Shown piece by piece: positions 31,618 through 41,661 of a stretch of 64,000 nt of DNA. The position numbers and the translations under genes were made by a program. The notes beneath the pieces were generated by a model. That model did no database searches and had not been told where the DNA came from. It saw only the letters and a program-made list of their open reading frames with translations. Position 1 is the stretch's first letter, and each line of letters opens with the position of its first letter. The DNA lies in assembly GCF_011386835.1 (NCBI RefSeq), contig NC_088791.1, positions 347,820,001-347,884,000 of the forward strand, read 5' to 3'. This stretch comes from Chrysemys picta bellii. Lineage: Eukaryota.

Positions 31618-32756
31618 TGTTTCACTCCATATTCTTTATGAAAATATGCTTACAATATGAATATGACAGAACTGAGCTATACTTTATGCCAGGTGGCTCA
31701 TGTGAGAGATCATTGGAAAGGTTCTGATTTACTGAATGCGATTATCCAATGTGTATGCCTGTATCATTTCTGTAGCTGAAGTTAGGAATATTGATCTGTA
31801 TTTCAACTATGCTACTTCGGGTGACGCCCACTGCTCACACTTCAGGTACAACAATGGAAAAGCCAGGCAGGGCTGATGGCCCATCAGCGAGGACAATGGA
31901 CTGGGAAAAGACTTGGCCTTCCTAAGGACGCTCCCTACTGCCACTGACTCATGGACGCTGTGATCCTACAGAGTCAGTTGGTCTTGTCACCTGATACTAA
32001 ACATTACCTGGCACTTCTTGTAACTTTCCACTGGAAGGGGGGGAGGGGTCAACTTTGGGAAACAAAGAATTCCCGCCTTGTGTCAATCCTATTTAAGCGT
32101 GGGGAGGAAGGCAAACGGGACTCCCCCTCTCCATGGCCTGTCTGCCCAAGGACTGCAAAAGCCACCTGAAGGGAAGGCAAGGGGGGAGTCCAGACTGAGA
32201 CAGGGGTCTGAAAAGGAATATAACTGGAACTCTGAACCACAGAAACTTTGCAACCTGCCTAAAATAACATCTAAGGTGAGAATGTATATTTTGTAACCTG
32301 TTTCTTAAGTATATCAAGCTTAGTTTGGGTATTTTGCTTTATTTGGTCAGTAATCTGCTTTGTTCTGCCTGTTATCTCTTATATTCACTTAAAATTCACC
32401 TTTTTCAGTTAATAAACTTATTTCTTCTTTATCATATAACCCGGTTTATGTAATTTCTATCTGGGGGGGGGCAAGAAGTTGTGCATATCTCCCTCCACAT
32501 TGAGGGAGGGAGCGAATTTCACAAAAGCTTTGGGTTTGTCCCCCTTAAAGGGAGTGGACAGTGTCGGGGCAAGTCCCAAAGGTGAATCTTTCCCGAGCGG
32601 ATTCTGTCTCTCTCTGTGCCACTGGGCGTAGCTGGAAGAGGCTGGTGAGCCTAACCCACCAAGGCCAGGTAAAGGGGACCCAGGCTGGCAAAATAGGCTG
32701 ACTCAGGGGCACCCCAGCACATCGGGTGACATCCCAAAGGGCCCAAACCCGTCACA
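31618..32756 (+). mobile_element. Solo LTR related to 17406-18108 and 25481-26640
   Basis: TG...CCCGTCACA termini; internal AATAAA; shared blocks with the other copies. TSD not resolved. Confidence 0.65.
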
Positions 32757-33921
32757 TCCGGTATCAGGGGCTTTGTCTTATATAGGCAACCATGCCCTCC
32801 CCCCCACCACCACAAAAAAGTGTCCCCATTTTTCACACTTGTGTTCTGGTCCCCTTACGTAGGAGCAATCCATGTCTGAGCCCCCACACTGCTGCTAGGG
32901 GTGAGGGGAGATTGTCACACATGGGAATGCATAAAACTCCCTCCCCCATGAAAAATGAACTGGGGCCCCCAGTGCAGCCTCTTCCCCTCAAATATGGGCA
33001 ATTATTGCCCTGCTGGTCTCTCTGCGATCCCCGTAGCTTTCCTGCTTCAGCCCCCTGCCCAAACCTCACACCCTCCTGGAGGAAAACCGAACCTGGCAGC
33101 CCTGCTCCCCCTGCACACGCCGGCTCACTCACATGCTCTCTGTCGTGCACACGCCCCTGCTCATTGGCGCTGACACAGGCTCTTTCGACGAAGCGGGGGA
33201 TACTTTTTTTTATCATTTCAAACTCTTATTTTTCAAACAAGACACCTCGGCCCCCAGCCGCTCGGCGTGTCATTCTCAGCCCTTTAAACCATGACTTCCC
33301 ACAAGCAAATGCAGCACCCAGAGTCACAGACGAGAGGGTTTGTGTTAACGGAAAAGTAACTTTCAGCCACTATTTAATCCCTCGACAATACCACTACTAC
33401 CATTAGGCAAGGAGACAGGGGTATTCCGCGGGGAAGTTTGGATGGGATGGATGAGAACAAAAAGAATTTCACCCCCTACCGCTGCCTATTCCCAGCACTA
33501 GTGAGCTTGGGGTGGGGGGATTTCCAGGTGGGGTTTCCACTTTCTGAAACTCCTGCGAGACCAGGAGGAGAGGGACAGTTGTCTGGAGCTCAGTGGTGCC
33601 TCCTTCAGGGAAGCGAAGCAAATGGTGTTTGCCCAGGTGCTGGAGTCATGAGCAGTCTTTGGTGGATGGTCTTGGGGCAGGCAGGCAGTAAGAGTGGGGT
33701 GGAGGGAATGGGGTGGTGGGGAAGGATCACATTCCAGTGGGATGACGGGGGGGAGGGGCGGGGTGAAGCCTCCACGAACTGGGTTGCTTGTTCTTATCAT
33801 GGATGCTGGATGGGCTCCGCATTCCCTCGTTACCGTGCTGTGCGAACCCTACAGAGAGAGTGGTGAGAGTGTGGAAAAGCTGGGCTGCGTGAGCCTAATT
33901 CCCCGCCAATGGACTGGCTCC

Positions 33922-36900
33922 TCAGACATTCTCCAGTGTCACAGGGTCGCCGAGCAGTTTGTAGCAGATCACAAAGTAGGGGTAGCACTGGGAGTTGTCG
34001 AAGATCACGTAGACGCCGGGCTTGTGGGCGTTGTCGCTGCAGGAGTCGTAGCGACACCTGCAGGATTCCCTCACCGGCGGCTGGGTGTACCCGGGACTCC
34101 CTAACACCCACTTGCCCACCAGGACCTTGGCCAGGAACATGTGGCGGCGGTCGGCGCGGTTGGCCAGAGCGAAGATGTGGGCGCAGTTGGCGTAGCAGGA
34201 GAAGTAGCTGCCATGGCCGTACTGGGCACCATGCTTTCCAGAGAGATGGGGGTTAAAGTTCGCCCGGCAGATGGGCTCCACGTTGTCGGCTGAGGTCCCG
34301 TGGAAGAGGTGCCTCTCCAGGAGCCGCATCTCCTGGGCCAAGAGTCCTCGGGACATTCGCTCCTTCTGGCTGAGGTGGGTGTAAAGGATAAACAAGGGGG
34401 TTTAGAGTCACTGCTGGTGCACCCCCACTATCTGCTCCCCTGGCCACTGAACACCTCAGCGGGGGATCCAGACACGAGCCCAATTCCCTCTATGACGCGT
34501 ACGTTCTCTCTTCTTGCTGTCCTGCATCTTCCTCACTAAACAGCTCGGCATCTCCTGCCCGGTCAGGTGCTGCACCGCCTGCCTCAGGCGACTCCCCTCA
34601 ACCCCACTCCTCTCTCTGCTCAGGATTCTCCCAGCTCCCTCTCCTCTCCTGGGTCCATCCCACCCCGCTTCCTCTCCTCCACCCCAGGCTCTGGCTGGGA
34701 CGTGTCTCTTCTTCTCTCAACCTCCAACCCCATCACTCACTTGTCTCTCTCACCCCCTCGCTCATCATCGTCAGCCTCTCTACCCTCTGCCTCCTTTCCC
34801 TCGGCCTTCCTTTCCCTCGGCCTCCCCAATTCACCACAGAGCGTTCCTTCACCACGACCTGCTCTCCAGCAGCTGGCCCGTTTCCCTTCGCCTCCAAACT
34901 CCTCATTGCCTCTTCCTCTCATCCCGCCCTCAGTCCCCCCAATCTGCCCCCAAGACTGTTCCCAGGTGGCTCCTTCAGGCCCGGGCGAGGGCCCCCCCTC
35001 ATCCTGATGCATCTCTCCCTCCCCTGGGCATCCCATGATGCTGTGCTGTCCCGGCTCCCAGCCCCTCAGCCTTCATGCCCCTCCTCACAGCACGCCTCTT
35101 TCCTGAAGCCCTCTGAAGTCTTTCTGTCGAGCCGGATATGGTTGGAAAGGACACGCTCCAGGTCAGCCGCAAGACAACAGGGTTGGAGTCGCTGAGGAAA
35201 ATTCTGAGGCCAGATGATTGTACCCCTGCGATGGGTCTCCTGAACCAACCCTTAGATACTCCTCCCTTAGGCCCACCCAGAGAAGATAACCCACCTAGTC
35301 ATGCCCACAGCACCGGCGTCAATGGCTTAATGGTGGGGTTAAAGCCGGTGACCTGGTCTGACCCCTGCCCCATCTCTTGCAGAATCCGTTCCTCTTCCTA
35401 CCTGCTGTATTTTTTCCAGAGTGCATCGTTCCGGATCCTGTAAATCTTCAGCACCAGCACCATGTCCTCTGGGACAGACGCGTGGAAGAGCTCACAGATC
35501 TTGCGGTACACCGCTTCCGACGAGGCCACCTCTGCATGAAGGAAGGCCTGGCCACAGGGCGGCTGGGGAACCCAGGCGGCTGGGTATGGGCCACAATACC
35601 CGTCTGTGGGTCTCTCCCCGGGGATGATGGATGTGGAAAGATGGAAGAGTCCCCAGGAGCCCCTAGGGACTGTCCTAAGGAGATAAGGAGATGGGAGATG
35701 CTGGCCAGTCAGAACGTAGCTTGGATCCCTCCAGCCATGGAACTGCCCAGGGAGTCACTTACCGCAGATACCGTGCCATGCAGCTCAGGGAACGGTAGGC
35801 AGGTCGGCGCTGGATCTGGATGGGTTGGACAGATCTCTGGCCTTCAGTGCTCCACTGAGGGGGTCTCAGATCCAGGGTGTAGAGCCTGCCCTGGAGCCAA
35901 AAGGTGGGTTCCTGGGAGCCCCTCTCCAAGGCTGCGAGGAGGTCGCGGGGGACAGGCTGAGCAGAGAGCGGAAGGAAAGTCGAGCCCTTAGCGTGACTGA
36001 AAGAGGAAAACCCTTACACGCATTGCTCCTTGCCACAGGACCCAGTCCTGCCCTGGAGGAACCGTCCAGTCCCGGGAAACCAGTCTCCAGCTTCATCCAA
36101 CCCTGGGCCGGCCATCCCATCTCCCCGGGATGCGCCAGCCCTACTTTGGAGAGCTCCCCCTCGCCCCCCCTTTGGGATCCCCCTCCCCCTTCACCTCCTG
36201 GTAACGCTGCCACGTGTCTCTGTGCTTCCAGTACACCTGCCACCTGGTGTGGAAGCGAGGATTCTGCTTCCAGTCCGAGGTGCTGCCCAGCCGCCTCACT
36301 CCATTAATCACGTCCGAATAGTCCATCTCCATGGTGTCCAGGTCCAGGATCCCAGACAACTGGTTCCTAAGAGGGGAAAATAATCTCACCTGTCGGCCCT
36401 AGGGGGCCCTTTTCGGGGAGGGGTCGGGACCGGGGTTCCCCAAACCACCTACAGTGGGGGAAATCTGAGGCACTCCCAGTACGCGGCTCCTTCCGCTTTT
36501 CCCTAGAGCTTCTGACCGGGAGACGCTGGGGAACCTGCCTAGCCAGCACTCCTGCCCTGGCTGGGATGGGAGCAGCTGGGAGATCGCTCCCCAGAGCCTG
36601 GTGCAGGCCCCCGTGGGGACAGACGGGGCGGGAGCGTTCCCATCCCGTACCTGCCCAAGAACCGCACGAGGCCATTTGTAGCGTCGCTGTAGAGCTTCTC
36701 CAAGTGACGCTGAGACGAGTCGCTCAGACTCTGCCACTCCACCCTTCTGCTCCCCCTGATCTGCCAGTGGAAGGGGTAGCGGGTGTGGTGGAGTGGGCAG
36801 CTCTCCCTCCGGGGGCAGTGCCCGAGCAGGAAGCCGTCACAGATCTGGATGCCGTCTTCCTGGTGGACATGGAAGGGGACCCCGTCCTTGCTGACCCATC

Positions 36901-38223
36901 GCTCCGTGGAAGGTGGGAAGCTGCACCAGCGTTTGGCAGGCATGGGGGATGGACTCTGGGGGGCCGCATCCCTCGTGGATGACGTAGGGGAGCCAGGGCT
37001 CACAGTGTCGGAAGAACTCAGATCCTGGATAGTTTGGGGAGCGGGAGAGATGGAGACACTTTAAGACAGGGGCGGGCAAACTTTTTGGCCTGAGGGCCAC
37101 ATCGCGTTTAGGAAATTGTATGGAGGGCCGGTTAGGGGAGGCTGTGCCTCCCCAAACAGCCAGGCGTGGCCCGGCCCCCACCCCCTATCCGACCCCTCCT
37201 GCTTCTCGCCCCGATGCCCCGCCCGGACTCCTGCCCCATCCAACCCCCCCGTTCCCTGTCCCCTTACAGCCCCCAGAAGCCCCGCCCCTGAGTGCCCCCC
37301 GCCACCCCATCCAACCCCTCCTCTCATTCCTGACTTCCCCCTCAGGACCCCTGCCCCATCCAACCACCCCTTCTCCCTGTCCCCTTACCGCCCCTGGAAC
37401 CCCTGCCCCTAACTGCCCCCTGCTTCCCCATCCAACCCCTGCTCCTTCCTGACTGCCCCCCCCAGGACCCCTGCCCCATCCAACCACCCCTTCTCCCTGT
37501 CCCCTGACCGCCCCTGGAACCCCTGCCCCTGACTGCCCCCCGCCGCCCTATCCAACCCCCCCTCCTTCCTGACTGCCCATCCGGGACCCCTGCCCCCATT
37601 CAACCCCCCCTGTTCTCTCCCCAACCACCCTGCTCCCTAGCCACACCCCCGCCTCCGGACCACACCCCCGAACTCCCCTGCTCTCTATCCAACTCCCCCT
37701 GCTCCCTGCCCCCTTATCGCGCTGCCTGGAGCACTGGTAGCTGGAGCCAGCCATGCTGTCGCCACGGCGCAGCACAGAGACCGGGGCAGGCCGGGCTCTG
37801 CAGCGGCACTGCCCCAGGAGCTCGCAGTCCCACTGCCCAGAGCATTGCGCCGGCGGTGGAGGGAGCTGAGGAGGCGGGGGAAGGGAGACAGCTGGGGAGG
37901 GGCCAGGGCGAGCCTCCCGGGCCAGGAGCTCAGGGGCCGGGCAGGAGGGTCCCACAGGCCGGATGTGGCCCGCGGGCCATAGTTTGCTCACCTCTGCTTT
38001 AAGGAGATGCGAAGCTGCTCTGGGACTCGGCCGCACCTACCCCCTTATCCTCTGCCCCCTCCCCATCAGTGTCTTCATCCCCCCTCCACGCATACAGACC
38101 CGCACGGCTCCCCCCATCAGAACCAGCTCTCCTGGGCTCCAACCCATCCCCCCCAGCCTTGCCCTGCAGGGACCCGTCCTCCTGGGCCCCGAGAGGGGAA
38201 TTCCCTCCATTTCGGTGGCTCAT
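33922..38223 (-). CDS. TIPARP/PARP7-like mono-ADP-ribosyltransferase paralogue; exons 38223-38041 (tentative), 37024-36651, 36366-36195, 35956-35763, 35674-35402, 34369-33922 (1644 nt, about 547 aa)
   Basis: CCCH finger ICDGFLLGHCPRRESCPLHH, WWE region WQVYWKHRDTWQRYQE / IQRRPAYRS, and PARP domain ERHLFHGTS...GHGSYF...MFLAKVLVG...YDSC...VYVIFDNSQCYPYFVI. All introns are GT-AG and phases 0,2,0,2,2 keep one open frame. An alternative acceptor 12 nt downstream at 35662 is also in frame. Not TIPARP itself by synteny. Confidence 0.85.
37067..37996. mobile_element. hAT MITE in the first predicted intron of the TIPARP-like gene
   Basis: TIRs CAGGGGCGGGCAAACT / AGTTTGCTCACCTCTG; TSD ctttaaga/ctttaagg. 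Confidence 0.82.
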
Positions 38224-39651
38224 GAGGTCCGTTTACCGGCTGGGGCTGGCGGTGGATTGGGTGGGTCCCCTCAGCGCCGGGCTCCTGTTCGGGATCAGCC
38301 GGGGAGATTTTCCTTTGGGGGCTACCCCTCAATTGGTTGAGGATCCCTATGGAGATCCTCTGGCCCATCCCCTCCCACACCCGCCGTCTGTTTCTCTTTG
38401 AACAGGAGGGTTCTTAGAACATCGGGGTGTCCCATGACGCCGATTGTTGGGTTTGTCCTGCAACACGAAGCCGCCGCCGGCCGAGCACCCCCAGGCACCC
38501 CAGAAGCGCCCCAGGGGGGCCAGGAACTGCCGGGGCTGCTTCTTGCCACTGGAGTCAAGCGCCTTTTTTTTTTTTAATCATCTCTTTCCACGCGTAAACT
38601 ATTTGTTTCAGAAACAACGTGGCAAATGTCGCTGCTCCCCCACAGCCGCTGGCGCTCAGATGTCAGGGTGACGTGGGCCCCAGAAACGCCACAGATTGTT
38701 CTGACTCATGGGGCAAGTCGCCCCATCTCCCTGTGCTCGGTTCCCCCATCTGTACACCGGGGCGACACATGCAAATCCAGCTTTGTAAAGGGCCGTGAGG
38801 TCCAGAGATGACCCCGGGCAAGTGTCACCCCTTTGGAACTGAGCAGTTAGCTAAATTTGGGGTAGCGCGGGCAGGAGGAGAAGTCAAGGATAGCATCAGA
38901 AACACCTGCCTCTCCCTTGTTTATTTACGAAGATGATACAGAAAGTTCCGTTTCCCTGAACATAGTGGGAATCGAACAGCAGGAGACGCCGGTTCCTTTG
39001 CTCGCTGTTCCACGCCTGCCTTTCCCGCCTGCACTCTGTGCCCAAAAAGCTCGCTCTCTCTTTGCTTTCTCTCAGGGCCGCGTTACTGGCACTTCTGGCT
39101 ACTTGGCTTTCTTACTGCTTGCCACTCACTGTCCTGCTTTTCACTCGCCCAACCTCCCACCCCCCGCCCAAATGATGCCCAGCCAACCCCTGCCCCCATA
39201 GTTCCAATCCCTGGACCCTGAGTGGCCCTACATGTCCCTTTGGTTTGGCCAGAGATATGGGCCTGCTTAACTGTTTCAGCCCCTGGTTACAGCGGGCATC
39301 TTTACATGGAGCCTGATTGTAAAGCCGCAGCCAGACTCGACCTGGAACAAGACTTAACCCATTCCACCCCACTCCTATTATTACCTACCTGACAGCTGGA
39401 AAACCGGAGACACCAGAAATTGCCTGGCTCGGTGCGCATTGCAAAACCGTGTCTCATGTTGTATCTGAGAACGGGCGTGTGAGATTACATAAGTGTTTCC
39501 TGCTAGGGAGGTTTGCTAGGCTGCAGGATAGGGGAATGGTTTGTGAGAAAATCAGGACGTCAAACTTATTTAAAACTGGCTGTGCTGGCCAGAGTGGTGG
39601 AGAATACCTCTCAGGAGGGGGCAGTCCTGCGCTGGAAGAGATGGACTAGGC

Positions 39652-40439
39652 CAGGGGTGGGCAAACTTTTTGGCCCGAGGGCCACATTGGGGAATAGAAA
39701 TTGTATGGCGGGCCATGAATGCTCACAAAATTGGGGTTGGGGTGCAGGAGGGCTCTGGTTGGGGGTGCGGGGCTCTGGGGTGGGGCTGGGGATGAGGTGT
39801 TTGGGGTGTAGGAGGGCACTCTGGGCTGGGACCGAGGGTTTGGCAGGCAGGAGGGGAATCAGGGCTGGGGCAGGGGTGCAGGAATGGGTACAGGTTCTGG
39901 CTGAGGGTGCGGGATCTAGGGTGGGGCTGGGGATGAGAGGTTTGGGGTGCAGGAGGGTGGGATTGAGGGGTTTGGAGAGTGGGAGGGGGATCAGGGCTGG
40001 GTTAGGGGGTTGAGGTGTGGGGGGAGGCTCAGGGGTGCAGGCTCCAAGCAGCGCTTACCTCAAGCGGCTCCCGGAAGCAGTGGCATGTCCCTTCTCTGGC
40101 TCCTACGCAGAAGCGCGGCCAGGCGGCTCTGCACGCTGCCCCGTCTGCAGGCACCGCCCCTGCAGCTCCCATTGGAGCGCATAGGAGCCGGAACGAGGCC
40201 ATGCCGCAGCTTCTGTGAGCCGTGTGGTGCGGCCTCGACGCAGTGCCCCAGCGGGAGCGCTGGAGGGGGGCTGAGCCGCGTGTTCCAGCCCCCGACCCAG
40301 CGCCCCGACGAGAGGGCTGGAGAGGGGCCGAATCGCATGGTGCGGCCCCCGACCCTGCTCCCCAGCGGGAGCTCGTGGGCCAGCTTAAAACAGCTCGTGG
40401 GTCAGATTTGGCCTGTGGGCCGTAGTTTGCCCACCCCTG
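39652..40439. mobile_element. hAT MITE, 788 bp
   Basis: Perfect TIRs CAGGGGTGGGCAAACT / AGTTTGCCCACCCCTG; perfect TSD gactaggc. Confidence 0.88.
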
Positions 40440-40560
40440 GACTAGGCGCTGATTTGGGTCTTTTCCATTTACACTGTTTGCTTGACAGTTCACTGGGGAG
40501 TCCTTCGTTGGGCTCATGTAGCCAAAGATCAACAAGCGGCCGATTAATGAGCAGAATATT

Positions 40561-40566
40561 TTTATT
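40561..40566 (-). terminator. Candidate polyadenylation signal of the SFRP2-like gene
   Basis: AATAAA on the minus strand about 1.1 kb past the stop codon; transcript end not verified. Confidence 0.45.
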
Positions 40567-40988
40567 GAAGCAAATTCCGAAGCTGAGCCCAAACTGGCAA
40601 TATACTTGCCCCCAACGCATGCAGGTATTTGCACAGGCAGTTACTAGCGTTGCACGCACAGCCGCAGTAACTGCGCATGCCGGTAACTAACTGGACGTGT
40701 AATTGGTCAGTTGGCCCAGAGTCACAGACGTTATCTACACACATCGCAACGCTTGGAGGTACAAAAACCTGGCCTCAGCTTTGCAGGAGGGGCGAAGAGA
40801 TGGAGGTGGAGACGGAGCATTTGCAGAGTGTCTTGGGAGGTCATTTTAGACATCCATTCCCCCACGTGACTGCTGCTGTTTTCATTCCCTGGCTGGCACC
40901 CCTCACCCCCTTTCTCCTATGTCCCCCCACAAGCTCTCCCTTCTCTGATCTCACCTCTCTCCTGGCCACCAGCATGTTCTCCCTACAG

Positions 40989-41391
40989 CAAAGGTGGCCA
41001 ACCTGTTAATATGCGGCTCCTTGTACAGGCACCGACTCTGGGGCTGGAACTACAGGTGCCAACTTTCCAATGTGCCGGGGGGGCTCACTGCTCAACCCCT
41101 GGCTCTGCCACAGGCCCTGCCCCCACTCCACCCCTTCCCCTCCCCTCCCCTGAGCCTGCCGTGCCCTCGCTCCTCCCCCTCCCCCAGAGCCTCCTGCACG
41201 CCACAAAACACCTGATCGGGAGGTGTGAGGAGGGAGAGGGAAGTGCGGATCGGCAGGGCTGCCGGTGGGAGGGAGGCGCTGGGAGCGGGGCGGGAGGACT
41301 GATGGGGGGCTGCCGACGTATTCCTGTGGCTCTTTGGCAATGTACATTGGTAAATTCTGGCTCCTTCTCAGGCTCAGGTTGGCCACCCCTG
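40989..41391. mobile_element. hAT MITE within the putative SFRP2-like 3' UTR
   Basis: TIRs CAAAGGTGGCCAACCTG / CAGGTTGGCCACCCCTG; TSD ccctacag/ccctatag. Confidence 0.8.
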
Positions 41392-41661
41392 CCCTATAGC
41401 TAACCGCATGGGCCTGAGGTGGGGGGCTGGCTTGTCTGTGCCTCTGGTCTCCTTGGTCTGCACACACCCTCCGGAGGGCGCTTGATTCAGCTGCTTCCTG
41501 GTTGAGTTTCTGGATCCCCTCTGTCCGTGACTGGGGGGAGGGGATGCTGTTTTCACGGTAAGAGCCTGGCTAAATATAATACGTTTTCCGGCTGGAGTGG
41601 GAAGAATTCACAGCACGTGCGGGAGGGAGACGTTCTCAGCGCAAAGCCGCGTCCCTCCCCT

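Noticed and set aside
38944-38957. ISRE-like AGTTCCGTTTCCCT upstream of the TIPARP-like gene
   Set aside because: It does not fit the GAAANNGAAA spacing, is a single imperfect site, and the transcription start is unknown.
38200-41300. AHR response elements for the TIPARP-like gene
   Set aside because: Only scattered GCGTG cores were seen. The one full TNGCGTG I noticed (about 41197-41203) is inside a MITE, and the density is not above chance.
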